Counted from the stretch's first letter, positions 8,794 to 19,349 are shown. The stretch is DNA of 40,844 nt from Chloroflexota bacterium (GCA_016190815.1 JACPPT010000017.1:1-40844); one strand, 5' to 3'. Made by a program: numbers and translations. Notes: a model not told the origin generated them from the letters alone.

Positions 8794-10662
8794 ATGGAAC
8801 AGAAATACATACGCAACTTCTGCATAATCGCTCACATTGACCATGGCAAGTCAACTCTGGCGGACAGGCTTCTGGAGTACACAGGCACCATCCCCGGAAG
8901 GGTGATGGCGGACCAGTTCCTCGACCAGATGGACCTGGAGCGCGAGCGGGGCATCACGATAAAAGCCCAGGCCGTGAAAATGCTGTACAAGGCCCAGATT
9001 GGCGAGCACGAGCTTAACCTCATCGATACCCCGGGGCACGTGGACTTCACCTACGAGGTCTCCCGAAGCCTCGCTGCCTGCGAGGGCGCTATCCTGGTGG
9101 TGGACGCATCCCAGGGGATTCAGGCCCAGACCCTGGCCAATGTGTATCTGGCCTTGGAACACAACCTCGCCATCATTCCCGTCATCAACAAAATCGACCT
9201 TCCCAATGCCGAGTCGGAAAGGGTAGCCAGGGAAATAGAAGACACTCTGGGGTTTCCCCGCAGCGAGATGATCTTCGCCTCTGCTAAAGAGGGAATTGGC
9301 ACCAGGGAGATCCTCGATGCTGTTATCCAGAGAGTACCCCCGCCTTCGGGGGAACCAGATAAGCCCCTGCGAGCACTCATCTTCGACTCCAAGTATGACT
9401 CATATAAAGGCGTCATAGCCTACATTCGCGTGTTCGATGGCGCAATAAGCCTCAACCAGCGCCTGCGACTGATGTCAACGGGCAAGTCTATGGAGACGCT
9501 GGAGATAGGCGTTTTCAAGCCCTGGCTAACCCCTGTGGACTCCCTTTCCGCTGGCGAGGTGGGCTACATTGCGACCGGCCTCAAGAATGTGAGAGACTGC
9601 CAGGTGGGAGATACCATAACCTGGGACGAAAGGCCAGCCCAGAAGGCCCTGCCGGGTTATCGGCCCCTCAAGCCCATGGTATTTGCTGGCCTCTATCCTG
9701 TGGAAGGACGGGAGTATCCCCTGCTCCGGGACGCTCTGGACAAGCTCAAGCTAAACGACGCCTCGTTAACCTATGAGCCCGAAAGCAGCCTCGCCCTGGG
9801 CTCGGGCTTTCGCTGTGGGTTCCTGGGATTACTGCATATGGACATTGTTCAGGAGCGCCTCGAAAGGGAATACAATCTCAGTCTCCTTGCCACGGCCCCC
9901 AGTGTGGAGTATCAGGTGGTAAGATATGATGGCTCCGAAGAGCTTGTGGACAACCCTTCGGCCCTCCCCCCAACCCTTCAAATCCAGGAGATCCGGGAGC
10001 CCTGGCTGAATGTAACCATTCTGACCTCCAGCAAATACATCGGCGCTGTTATGGAGCTGGCGACGGGAAGAAGAGGGGAGTATAGAAAGATGGAGTACCT
10101 GGGGTTGGGGACTGCCCCCGTTTGGGGAGAGCAGAAGCGTGAAGTTCGGTCCCAAAGCCAGGAAACAGGCGCAGAGGAAAAAAGGGTTCTTCTGGAGTTT
10201 GAGCTGCCCCTATCTGAAACCCTGGTGGATTTTTATGACCAGCTAAAGTCCCGCACCCAGGGCTATGCATCCATGGACTACAGCTTTTCCGGATACAAAC
10301 CTGCACCTCTGGTCAAGCTGGATATACTTGTAAACGACCAACCTGTAGACGCCCTCTCTTTGATAGTTCATAAGGACAAGTCCTACGAGCAGGGTAAGGC
10401 CATAGTAGAGAAACTGAGAAGCCTCATACCTCGCCAACTCTTCGACGTTCCCATCCAGGCGGCTGTGGGGAGCAAGATCATAGCGAGGGAGACCATCAAA
10501 GCTCTGCGGAAGAATGTGCTGGCCAAGTGCTACGGAGGGGATGTGACCAGAAAGCGCAAGCTCTTGGAGAAGCAGGCCGAGGGGAAGAAACGGATGAAGC
10601 GCATAGGGCGCGTCGAGATTCCTCAAGAGGCCTTTCTGGCCCTGCACAGACTAGGGAAGTAA
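8794..10662 (+). CDS. lepA: Translation elongation factor 4 (LepA)
   Basis: [65 protein letters not shown]. Confidence 0.98.
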   Translation: MEQKYIRNFCIIAHIDHGKSTLADRLLEYTGTIPGRVMADQFLDQMDLERERGITIKAQAVKMLYKAQIGEHELNLIDTPGHVDFTYEVSRSLAACEGAILVVDASQGIQAQTLANVYLALEHNLAIIPVINKIDLPNAESERVAREIEDTLGFPRSEMIFASAKEGIGTREILDAVIQRVPPPSGEPDKPLRALIFDSKYDSYKGVIAYIRVFDGAISLNQRLRLMSTGKSMETLEIGVFKPWLTPVDSLSAGEVGYIATGLKNVRDCQVGDTITWDERPAQKALPGYRPLKPMVFAGLYPVEGREYPLLRDALDKLKLNDASLTYEPESSLALGSGFRCGFLGLLHMDIVQERLEREYNLSLLATAPSVEYQVVRYDGSEELVDNPSALPPTLQIQEIREPWLNVTILTSSKYIGAVMELATGRRGEYRKMEYLGLGTAPVWGEQKREVRSQSQETGAEEKRVLLEFELPLSETLVDFYDQLKSRTQGYASMDYSFSGYKPAPLVKLDILVNDQPVDALSLIVHKDKSYEQGKAIVEKLRSLIPRQLFDVPIQAAVGSKIIARETIKALRKNVLAKCYGGDVTRKRKLLEKQAEGKKRMKRIGRVEIPQEAFLALHRLGK

Positions 10663-11553
10663 CTTTCCCGGTGGCTTGAAGTCTCTGGTGCTCAGCTCCC
10701 TCAAGTACTCCTTAAGCCCAGGAGCTACTTCGGGGTTGCGAAGGGCAAGCCCCACCGAGGCCTTGAGAAAGCCAAGGGGAGTCCCGGCATCGTAGCGGAC
10801 GCCCTCGAATTCATAGGCATATATGGGCTGTCTCTTGAGCAAGTGTGTTAGGCCATCTGTTATTTGAATCTCCCCCCCAGCGCCAGGCTTTACTGACCTG
10901 AGAGATTTGAAGATGTCAGGAGTCAGTATGTATCTCCCCACTATACCCAGGTTGGAAGGTGCCTCCGCGGCGCTGGGTTTTTCCACGAGGCTCAAGGCTC
11001 GATAGACTCGATGGTCAACCCGCTCAGGCTCCACAACACCATAGCTCCTGATTGTCTCCCTCGATACCTTCTCTACAGCCACCACGCTCGCGCCGAAGCG
11101 CTCAAATACCCCTATCATCTGCTTCATTGCAGGCACATGGCTATCTATGATGTCATCCGGAAGGAAAACGGCGAAAGGCTCCTTGCCCACGAGGGCTTCC
11201 GTTATCATAATGGCGTGACCCAGGCCTAATTGTTCCTTCTGTCGAATGTAACACACGTCTGCCAGCTCGGAAATCCGCCGTATCTCCCTGAGAAGCTTCT
11301 CTTCGCCCTTCTGCTCCAGAACTTGCTCTAGCTCAAAGGAGCGATCGAAGTAATCCTCTATGGCCCGTTTGCCGTGAGCGGTAACTATGATTATCTGCTC
11401 GATGCCCGAAGCCACAGCCTCCTCCACCACATACTGAATCATGGGTTTGTCCACCAGGGGAAGGGTCTCCTTGGGCTGAGCCTTGGTCGCTGGGAGAAAC
11501 CTTGTTCCCCATCCAGCCGCCGTGATAACTGCCTTTCGAATCTTCATCTTCAC
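10651..11553 (-). CDS. galU: UTP--glucose-1-phosphate uridylyltransferase
   Basis: [45 protein letters not shown]. 3' end overlaps lepA by 12 nt. Confidence 0.96.
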   Translation of the reverse strand: MKMKIRKAVITAAGWGTRFLPATKAQPKETLPLVDKPMIQYVVEEAVASGIEQIIIVTAHGKRAIEDYFDRSFELEQVLEQKGEEKLLREIRRISELADVCYIRQKEQLGLGHAIMITEALVGKEPFAVFLPDDIIDSHVPAMKQMIGVFERFGASVVAVEKVSRETIRSYGVVEPERVDHRVYRALSLVEKPSAAEAPSNLGIVGRYILTPDIFKSLRSVKPGAGGEIQITDGLTHLLKRQPIYAYEFEGVRYDAGTPLGFLKASVGLALRNPEVAPGLKEYLRELSTRDFKPPGKLLP

Positions 11554-11606
11554 TCCAGCCTATTTCTTCCTTGCCTGATTTTAGATAAAAAGCTTTCTCA
11601 ACGCAA

Positions 11607-12542
11607 TTACTTTTGAACAACACCTTTAATAGGTAGGGCCGTTACATAGTAGTCAGCCGCCTTGGTAAAAAAGCCGAGGTTGGTAGCAAGTAGCACTCCA
11701 CCCATAAAATCGAGGCTGGTTGGTCCGTTGAAGCCCCTGGTGCTCACGCTGGCGAGCCGTTGACCAGCGGGCGAAAAGGCCAGGACGGCATACTCCTTGC
11801 TGGCTGGGCTGACCACCCACAGGTTACCGTCGGGGCCAAACATGATTCCATCGGGAACGGTTATCCCCTCGGCGAAGGTGCTTATCTGTCCTGCACTGCC
11901 GTCTGGGTTGACCACTATCTTTACAATGGTGCCCTCTCCCGAATTTGCGACCAGCATGGCATCCTCATCAGGCGTAAAAGTGATGCCGTTAGCACCGAAA
12001 GGAAGCTCTTTGGTGCTGATGAGTCTGACGTCCTGTTTCCATATCGTGACCTGACCTACACCTGTTATTCTCCAGACCACCCCCTGAAAGGAATCGGAGA
12101 CGTAGAGAACACCTTTCTTGTCCAGGGCCAGCCCATTCGGTGCCGGGGGCTGATTGGCGGGGCCAGGCACCACATTGGGCAGGTCAGGGAGCCGGGCAAA
12201 AACACCGACACTATTATCAGAGGTGACTCGCAGGATTCGCCCGTTGCCGAAATCCGCCGCATATATATCCCCATCTTTCCACAGCACGCCCAGCAGGGGA
12301 GAAGGAACCTTGTCCATTACTGGAATATCCCTTATCAGCCTGCCCTTACTGTCGAACACAAAGACATGGGACTGGCCTTCGGAGTTGAAGGTGCCTACTG
12401 CAACGTGGCCATCAGGACTTATACTTATTCCCTCCGCCATACCAGGACTGGGGATATTTGCAAAGCGGGTGACTCTCGCTGGGTCTTTGGCCCTCATCCC
12501 TGATCTCCTGAGATGTTTATTCTTTGGCTCTTTTGAAAGCAT
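11607..12542 (-). CDS. SMP-30/gluconolactonase/LRE-like beta-propeller protein
   Basis: AEGI, PNGLALD..G.LYVSDS, GANGI.F, PDGI.F..DG.LWV propeller repeats. Alternative start at ATG 12497. Confidence 0.85.
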   Translation of the reverse strand: MLSKEPKNKHLRRSGMRAKDPARVTRFANIPSPGMAEGISISPDGHVAVGTFNSEGQSHVFVFDSKGRLIRDIPVMDKVPSPLLGVLWKDGDIYAADFGNGRILRVTSDNSVGVFARLPDLPNVVPGPANQPPAPNGLALDKKGVLYVSDSFQGVVWRITGVGQVTIWKQDVRLISTKELPFGANGITFTPDEDAMLVANSGEGTIVKIVVNPDGSAGQISTFAEGITVPDGIMFGPDGNLWVVSPASKEYAVLAFSPAGQRLASVSTRGFNGPTSLDFMGGVLLATNLGFFTKAADYYVTALPIKGVVQK

Positions 12543-12549
12543 CTCTACA

Positions 12550-12577
12550 ATAGTAGGCAGCCATTGCTACTTGTCAA
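12550..12577 (-). promoter_or_regulatory. Sigma70 promoter of the beta-propeller gene
   Basis: TTGACA-16 bp-TACTAT, ending 7 nt before ATG 12542. Confidence 0.55.
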
Positions 12578-12614
12578 CCCCTGGCTTTGCACATAAAGCC
12601 TATCGGCAGACCGC

Positions 12615-12710
12615 TGTCACCCTGAGCCCTTCGGCCCCGAGCGGGCCTCGAGGACAGGCTCCGCGAAGGGTCTGCTCCTTAGTTAGATTCTTCGCTGCGC
12701 TCAGAATGAC
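12615..12710. repeat. CGTC/TGTC-type palindromic repeat (second REP family)
   Basis: TGTCACCCTGAGC...GCGAAGGGTCT...AGATTCTTCGCTGCGCTCAGAATGAC: nested inverted repeats typical of that family. Single copy in the window. Confidence 0.7.
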
Positions 12711-12742
12711 TTTTTGTGAAAGGCGTCAACCCCTGTACTTTA

Positions 12743-12771
12743 TTGACACTGTGCCCACCCTGAGATAGTAT
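12743..12771 (+). promoter_or_regulatory. Sigma70 promoter of SRP RNA
   Basis: TTGACA-17 bp-TAGTAT, 6 nt before the RNA 5' end. Confidence 0.8.
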
Positions 12772-12777
12772 TTAAGT

Positions 12778-13046
<269 letters not shown>

Positions 13047-13945
13047 TATAAGAATGAGGAGGTATCGATCTCCCTACCGAACCTTTCGGCAGAAAAGGAA
13101 TCTCCCGTCGCCGAGCTAAAAGGGCTTCTTCATCGCTACGGCCTCAGGGCCAGGAAGGGGCTGGCTCAGCACTTCCTCGTTGATAGGGGAGTCCTGGGCA
13201 AGATTGTGGCTGCCGCCGAGCTTTCCCCCGCGGATACTGTCATAGAGGTTGGCCCAGGGCTGGGTGTTTTGACAAAGGAGCTGGCCAAACGGGCAAAGCA
13301 AATAATCGCCATTGAAATAGACGAAAAGCTCGTCTCTGTACTTTCCGAGACCTTAAGACCCTTCTCAAACGTTGCCATCGTGAACGCAAACGTTCTGGAG
13401 GTGGACCCAGCCAGGCTTCTTTCTCAGTATGCTGGCTCTACAACAACCTGCACGACAGACTACAAAATGATTGCAAACCTCCCTTACTACATAGCAATGC
13501 CAACGCTCCGTCATTTTTTAGAAGCATCTCTAAAACCCACTCGCATGGTGGTCATGGTGCAAGAAGAGGTGGGAAGGAACATAGTCGCCCGGCCTGGTGA
13601 GATGAGCATCCTCAGCGTGAGCGTTCAGCTATACGGAAGCCCTTCCATCGTCCATCGGGTACCAGCCGGCAGCTTCTATCCCAGGCCCAAGGTAGATTCG
13701 GTGGTTGTGGCCATCGACGTCTTCGATAAGCCCCAGGCTGACGTGGCAGATGTGGAAAGGTTTTTCCGGGTCGTCAAGGCTGGATTCAGCGCACCCCGCA
13801 AGCAACTGCACAACGCCCTGGCAAAGGGGCTGAGCATCAAACCACTGGAGGCACATGATCTGTTGACATCGGTTGAGATAGACCCCAAGCGCCGGGCCGA
13901 AACCCTCAGCATCGAGGAGTGGGCACGGCTCTCCAAGAGTGTGAG

Positions 13946-14794
13946 ATGACTAGGCTTTCTCTGCCAGCGTATGCAAAAATCAACCTGACCCTGGAGGTCC
14001 TGGGGAAACGCCCCGATGGCTATCACGAAATAGCCAGCATTATTCAGACCATAGACCTCGCCGATGTTTTAGTTATTGAAGAGGCGGAGGAGATAGAGTT
14101 CAGTTGTGACCTCCCGGAAATCGACAACCCTTCCAATCTGGTTGTACAGGCAGCGGAGCTTCTCAGGAAAAGGACAGATACACACAAGGGCGCTAGAATC
14201 CTCCTCAGAAAGAGAATACCTTTGTCAGCAGGCCTTGGCGGAGGAAGCAGCGACGCTGCGTCAGCCCTTGTGGGACTGAACGAGCTATGGGGCCTGAGCC
14301 TTCCTCGTGAGGAGCTTCTTGCAATGGCGTCGGAGCTGGGAGCCGATGTCCCGTTCTTCCTCTCTGGCGGCACTGCCCTGGTGGAGAGCAAGGGTGAACG
14401 AGTCCTCCCCCTGCCTCCTTTCCCTAGCTCCTGGGTTGTTCTTCTGAAGCACTCACTACAGCTTGAAAGCAAGACAAAAAGGCTCTATGAAAGCCTGAGA
14501 CCTGAGCACTTTACCCTTGGCGAGTCAACCTATGAACTCTGGCGACTCCTAAGACACCGCAGTGACATAACGCTGCCCTACTTTCACAATGTCTTCGAAC
14601 TGGTGGCCTTCGATATTTTCCCTGGCCTCAAGGAGCACTGGGAACAGTTTCTGGCGGCCGGCGCTGAAAGCGTACACTTGGCAGGCACAGGCCCGACTCT
14701 ATTCTCCCTGGAGAGGGAAAAGGAGCGAGCCGAGGAGGTGTGCTCAAAGCTGATGGGCCTGGGATTCGCCGTTCATCTGGCAAAGACTCTATAG
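13946..14794 (+). CDS. ispE: 4-diphosphocytidyl-2-C-methyl-D-erythritol kinase
   Basis: AKINLTLEVLGKRPDGYHE, KRIP..AGLGGGSSDAA, LGADVPFF. ATGA overlap with rsmA. Confidence 0.96.
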   Translation: MTRLSLPAYAKINLTLEVLGKRPDGYHEIASIIQTIDLADVLVIEEAEEIEFSCDLPEIDNPSNLVVQAAELLRKRTDTHKGARILLRKRIPLSAGLGGGSSDAASALVGLNELWGLSLPREELLAMASELGADVPFFLSGGTALVESKGERVLPLPPFPSSWVVLLKHSLQLESKTKRLYESLRPEHFTLGESTYELWRLLRHRSDITLPYFHNVFELVAFDIFPGLKEHWEQFLAAGAESVHLAGTGPTLFSLEREKERAEEVCSKLMGLGFAVHLAKTL

Positions 14795-14807
14795 ATGGAG
14801 CTCTGAT

Positions 14808-15218
14808 GTGATATTCTTCGCCGGGGTGGCCTGCGGTCTTATCATGGGGATGGCATTTATAGGCCTCGGTGCCATTATGCTTGTTCCGATTTTAGGAAGC
14901 CGCTCCGCTCAACACCGGCCAATACCGAGAAGTGTAAATCTCACCTACATAATATTACCCCTGTCCTTCTTCATCGTCCTACTGTGGGGAGTTATAGGCG
15001 GCTTGTTCGGACTGGCATACGAACTTGTGACCAACGCTATTCCCGGCCGTGGCCTCGGCAGCCCGAACCTCGTCTTCACTGCTTTCATATTGCTCCTTTC
15101 CGTGGGGTCCGGGGTGGCAATTATGCTTGTTCAAAGAAGGGTGCAATGGGAATCCCAAACACTGGTTCTGGCCTTTGCAGGCATATTTGGATGGCTTATG
15201 CCGTGGCTCGCGAGTTAA
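14808..15218 (+). CDS. Hypothetical membrane protein (about 4 TM)
   Basis: Hydrophobic ORF in operon context with GGAG SD. Confidence 0.65.
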   Translation: MIFFAGVACGLIMGMAFIGLGAIMLVPILGSRSAQHRPIPRSVNLTYIILPLSFFIVLLWGVIGGLFGLAYELVTNAIPGRGLGSPNLVFTAFILLLSVGSGVAIMLVQRRVQWESQTLVLAFAGIFGWLMPWLAS

Positions 15219-15230
15219 AGCATCTCTCGT

Positions 15231-15259
15231 TTGACTTCACCCTTTCGTGTAATTAAAAT
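15231..15259 (+). promoter_or_regulatory. Sigma70 promoter, probably giving a leaderless PHP-gene mRNA
   Basis: TTGACT-17 bp-TAAAAT, 8 nt before ATG 15268, no SD. Confidence 0.65.
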
Positions 15260-15267
15260 AGTCCAGA

Positions 15268-15957
15268 ATGCCAACAATAATTGATTTGCACGTTCATACC
15301 ACCAAAGGAGGGGCGGACAGCAGTCTCAGGCCTCTCCAGCTTGTTCATGAGGCCACCAGAGTAGGGCTTTCTGGAGTATGCCTCACCGAGCACGGAGGAG
15401 GCTGGGACAAACGGGAGTTCGAGGCTTTCGCCCAGGGGCAGAACATTCTTCTCATAAGGGCGCTTGAGGTAGAGACCGAGTTGGGCCATATGTCTGTCTT
15501 TGGGCTGGACGGCTACAGGAGCGGGATTCACAGGGCGGAGGAACTGCGAAGGGTCGTGAATGAGCTGGGTGGGTTCATGGTCCTGAACCACCCCTTCAGA
15601 CGTTTCTTCGACAATGCGACCCTGCGTTCCCAATACCGGCCCACAACTATAGCGGAAATCTGCCAGGACCCTGTCTTCCAACTAGTTGACGCCATAGAAG
15701 TGGCCAACGGGGCCAACTCCCCCAGGGAGAACTCCATGGCTCTGGAAGTAGCAAAAAAGCTGGGAAAGCCCGGAACAGGGGGTAGCGACGCTCATTCCAC
15801 AAGCGGCCTGGGGTGCTACGTTACCGTCTTCGAAAAAGAGATAAGGAGAGAAGAGGAGCTGATAGCAGAGCTCAGGGCAGGCAGGTTTTACCCGGCCTTC
15901 GGTCCCAGGGATGGCGACACAAGCCCATACACGGGTGAGACAGCCGCAACACTTTAG
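15268..15957 (+). CDS. PHP-domain metal-dependent phosphoesterase
   Basis: DLHVHT, TEH, E...GH, NHPFR, IEV.NG, GGSDAH. Confidence 0.9.
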   Translation: MPTIIDLHVHTTKGGADSSLRPLQLVHEATRVGLSGVCLTEHGGGWDKREFEAFAQGQNILLIRALEVETELGHMSVFGLDGYRSGIHRAEELRRVVNELGGFMVLNHPFRRFFDNATLRSQYRPTTIAEICQDPVFQLVDAIEVANGANSPRENSMALEVAKKLGKPGTGGSDAHSTSGLGCYVTVFEKEIRREEELIAELRAGRFYPAFGPRDGDTSPYTGETAATL

Positions 15958-15969
15958 CCTTGATTTCCA

Positions 15970-16881
15970 GTGGAAAAACCCAGGCCCTCGTACCACCAGA
16001 CCGATGCTTTTGGACAGATGCATATAACTGTAACTCAGCCGCTGAGCCTAGGCTTAACTCTTGAGTGCGGTCAGGCCTTTCGATGGCAACGCACGGGCGT
16101 TCGGCGTAGCTCACGCCAGGGGAAATGGTATTACGGTGTCATACACGGTAGCTTAGTGAAGCTGAGACAGTGCCCCGGTGGAGTAGAGTTCCGCAGCTCC
16201 CCCAAAACCGAAGTTGAAATGGAAGGCCTCATAAAAGAATACCTCAGACTGGGGGACGACCTGTCGAGAATATACACTTACATAGGCCGGGATGAAGTAA
16301 TAGGACAGGCCATATCCCAGTGCTACGGGCTCAGGCTGCTGAAACAGACCCCCTGGGAATGCCTTATCTCTTACCTCTGCTCCATCAACACAAGCATTCC
16401 GAGAATAAACGACTCCATAGAGAAGCTATGCGAAAAATTCGGGGAAAGACTTGCGCTGGAAGGGCACGTACGCTACTCCTTCCCGCAGCCGGACAGGCTT
16501 GCCGAGGCTGGGGAGCGAACCCTCAGAGCTATGAGATTTGGCTTCAGGGCCAGATTTATAGCAGAATCGGCAAAGGCCATCTGTGAGGACAAAGTGAACC
16601 TTGAGAGCTTGAGAAAGAAGACATACGAGGAGGCCAGAGGGGAGCTTATGAGCCTGCCGGGCGTGGGGGAAAAGGTGGCGGACTGCGTGCTCCTCTACTC
16701 CCTGGACAAGCTCGAGGCTTTCCCTGTGGACAGGTGGGTCAGAAGGGCGGTGGAAGACTGGTATTTCGGGGGAAAGAGCCTCAGTTACAAAAAGATCCGT
16801 GCCTGGGCCGGCGAACACTTCGGGGCTTATGCAGGCTACGCCCAGCTATTCCTTTTCCATAAGCGGAGGATGGAAGGATAG
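15970..16881 (+). CDS. ogg: 8-oxoguanine DNA glycosylase (Ogg1-like, HhH-GPD)
   Basis: TLECGQAFRW, GLRLLKQ.PWE.L.S, LPGVGEKVADCV, FPVD.WV, AGYAQLFLF. Start may be ATG 16018. Confidence 0.92.
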   Translation: MEKPRPSYHQTDAFGQMHITVTQPLSLGLTLECGQAFRWQRTGVRRSSRQGKWYYGVIHGSLVKLRQCPGGVEFRSSPKTEVEMEGLIKEYLRLGDDLSRIYTYIGRDEVIGQAISQCYGLRLLKQTPWECLISYLCSINTSIPRINDSIEKLCEKFGERLALEGHVRYSFPQPDRLAEAGERTLRAMRFGFRARFIAESAKAICEDKVNLESLRKKTYEEARGELMSLPGVGEKVADCVLLYSLDKLEAFPVDRWVRRAVEDWYFGGKSLSYKKIRAWAGEHFGAYAGYAQLFLFHKRRMEG

Positions 16882-16974
16882 AAACCCACACCAAAGACGA
16901 AGGAACGATGACGCTTTTTGTCATCCTGGGGCATCGCTGGGGTAGCCCAGAGCTCAATCTTAATTGCCTTATTA

Positions 16975-17003
16975 TTGACAGTTTACGCCACTTTAACTAT
17001 CAT
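16975..17003 (+). promoter_or_regulatory. Sigma70 promoter of the AT-rich three-gene insert
   Basis: TTGACA-17 bp-TATCAT. Confidence 0.7.
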
Positions 17004-17047
17004 ATTACATAAACGCTTCATTTTTTGAGGTACAGAAAAGTGTAACT

Positions 17048-18283
17048 ATGTTTTCAAGTTTTGTAAACATTTGCGAGTTATTAGATAAGCCTTTTACGTT
17101 TGCCCTGGGTGGTCCACGTACCGGAAAAACTACATTGCTTGAGAAATACGTTCTGCCTCAGGTAGCTCAAAGTTTCCAGAACAAGCCTTACCTACTCTCG
17201 CTCATCAAGATTCGCACTTATTGGACAGAGACAGAAGAGATTAGAAGCCGTGTCTCTGCGGCACTCTTGCGAGGCATACTTTTGTATTCTGAGCATCTTC
17301 ACAAGGAGGCAAAAGAAGCGATTTCAAAGAACTTGAAGCAGAATTTATCAAACCTTGGCATTCCATCACAAGTCTCGCCTCAATTCATAGAGTTATATCT
17401 TGGTGAGTATTGGAATAACAAGGCAAAGCAGCAACAAATCGACCCACTTAGATGGTCTCTGGAAATGTTTCGCAATATTGCTTCGGACTTAAATGCAACT
17501 CCCTATTTATTGCTCGACGATGCCGATTTTCAGATCCGGACTGGTATACTAGGAGAGGTTCTTCATTTGTGCAAAACTTACCAAGTAGGCGTACTTGCTA
17601 GTGTAAGAAGTCTTTGTGATTCTAAATTTGACAGCGAAAATTTACTAGCAGAATATGCCCGTGTAGCGGATTTTCTATGTCTTGATTTCCTGCCGACAGA
17701 CCCTATGTTCAGGTCATTGTGTACGTCAATACTAAATGAGCAGGCACAGAGTGAAAAGGCTGAGCTTAAACGGACTGCAAATAGGGTTCAACTTGACGAT
17801 GAACTGTTTGATACAAGTGTAATGCTTTCCGGCGGACAGATAGGGAGATTCAGGGAAGTTATCCAATTCATGGCATCATTACAGGACGATTCTCGCAAAT
17901 GGTATTTCCCAAATCGTCTGCAGATAGTTGATTTCTGTGAGTCTAGAGTAGGGCAAATGCTCCAAAGAGAAGGTGACTCTTCTATCAAAGAGATGCTCAA
18001 GCAATGGGTGACCAATTTTGATCAGGCATTGGAAAGCAGTACAACAACATTAACTTGGCTCAAACTACCAGTAGATCAAATCGATGAAACGCAACTCGCC
18101 CGTGTGCTTTCGATAGTTCGGAGCGGGGTTCTTGTATGGGTACTTCAATGTGATAAAGAAGAACGCATCAATGTCGCAAAGCAGACCAGATTCATCCCAG
18201 CTCGTTTCAAGCTCTCGCCTCTTGCTGCAATAGCCGGAGGAATTTCTTTAAAGAAAGCATTAGGATCGAGCCTATGGAAATAG
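17048..18283 (+). CDS. P-loop NTPase, ORC/Cdc6- or STAND-like, with helical/wHTH-like C-terminus
   Basis: Walker A GGPRTGKTT, Walker B YLLLDDAD, LSGGQIGRF helical-domain motif. Subfamily assignment is inference. Confidence 0.7.
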   Translation: MFSSFVNICELLDKPFTFALGGPRTGKTTLLEKYVLPQVAQSFQNKPYLLSLIKIRTYWTETEEIRSRVSAALLRGILLYSEHLHKEAKEAISKNLKQNLSNLGIPSQVSPQFIELYLGEYWNNKAKQQQIDPLRWSLEMFRNIASDLNATPYLLLDDADFQIRTGILGEVLHLCKTYQVGVLASVRSLCDSKFDSENLLAEYARVADFLCLDFLPTDPMFRSLCTSILNEQAQSEKAELKRTANRVQLDDELFDTSVMLSGGQIGRFREVIQFMASLQDDSRKWYFPNRLQIVDFCESRVGQMLQREGDSSIKEMLKQWVTNFDQALESSTTTLTWLKLPVDQIDETQLARVLSIVRSGVLVWVLQCDKEERINVAKQTRFIPARFKLSPLAAIAGGISLKKALGSSLWK

Positions 18284-19335
18284 AAAGACAGCTTACAGTA
18301 GAGGAACTAAGACGGCTGGATGAAAGAAGAGCAAGATCTACACAAGCTCCCGTGAAACACGCTTTTTGGGCAGGGCCCATGCCAGACCCTAATGTGAGGC
18401 CTCCTTATCATGAGACCATCAAGAGACTCTACGATGATTTTCTTGACCCGCACTTAAAATATGTGGATGCTTATCATCTTATTATGAGCGGTTCACCAGT
18501 TTTTAACGAGACCATACAGAATATCCTGATTAAAAACGCAGAATATATAGTGGCGGATTTGTCACTCCCACGGCACGATGTTATATTCGAGACAGGCTTT
18601 GGATTAGGTGCTGGTATTCAGACAATTCTTTACATTGATGTTAAAAGCTCAATCCGGCGCAGCTATCCAGGTGATGTGCTGAAATTCACCAAATTCGACG
18701 ATATTAAGAAACAACTTCCGCCGCAAATGCAGGATTGTTTATTTGTCCAGCCACCACGACGGGTTCCTGAGGGAGTAAAGGCTACAAAAAGAGGTGCACT
18801 TCAAGAGCTAGCAATGGGGTTCAATGAAAATGTCCATACGCCTGGACTTCAAATCACCAGACGCCGATGCTGTAAAATCCACTTTGAGGACAGAGAATGT
18901 GAATTTGTAAAAGAGTTGGTTAAACTTTCAAGGCCCAGAAGTGGTTACTGCCTTGTAGGTTTCCAAGATGACCACGAAGAACAGAAGGAGCGTGCCATAA
19001 ATATTTTCAAAAGAAGAGGTTTCAAATTCGTAGAGGAACTCGATGACGTTGTGGAAAACGAGGCCCCACTTTGTCGTACTTGCTTTTTTTTGAGAGTTGC
19101 CAACCGGATAATTGTAGATGGAACTTCTGCGGAAGTGTATAATGAAGAGTCTGCTGAATCCGCCTTTGTACTAGGAATGGCTGTGGCGATAAAAGCAAAA
19201 TATGAAAAATCTACAAAAATCAAGATGCTTTTTGATGAACGAGTAGGGCCGATAGGTATGTTCGCGGGCGGTAGGGCTGGCTGGCAATCAGAGAGATGGC
19301 GTGACCAAATTGACCGCGAGCTACAAGACTGGTAG
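18274..19335 (+). CDS. Tandem nucleoside 2-deoxyribosyltransferase (NDT)/TIR-like domain protein
   Basis: Domain 1 IVADLSLPRHDVIFETGFGLG matches the D.....NV.FE.G.A motif with its Glu. Domain 2 LCRTC...IIVDGTS...SAFVLGMAVA lacks the Glu. Overlaps the upstream gene by 10 nt. Confidence 0.65.
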   Translation: MEIERQLTVEELRRLDERRARSTQAPVKHAFWAGPMPDPNVRPPYHETIKRLYDDFLDPHLKYVDAYHLIMSGSPVFNETIQNILIKNAEYIVADLSLPRHDVIFETGFGLGAGIQTILYIDVKSSIRRSYPGDVLKFTKFDDIKKQLPPQMQDCLFVQPPRRVPEGVKATKRGALQELAMGFNENVHTPGLQITRRRCCKIHFEDRECEFVKELVKLSRPRSGYCLVGFQDDHEEQKERAINIFKRRGFKFVEELDDVVENEAPLCRTCFFLRVANRIIVDGTSAEVYNEESAESAFVLGMAVAIKAKYEKSTKIKMLFDERVGPIGMFAGGRAGWQSERWRDQIDRELQDW

Positions 19336-19349
19336 AATGGGGAGGTCAT

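Noticed and set aside
11760-12503. 247-aa + strand ORF
   Set aside because: Antisense shadow of the beta-propeller gene.
16882-16970. Possible att site, target duplication or TGTC half-repeat at the left edge of the AT-rich insert
   Set aside because: Only a 6-bp hairpin (GATGAC/GTCATC) and a weak CAATC match to the right edge; no convincing direct repeat.
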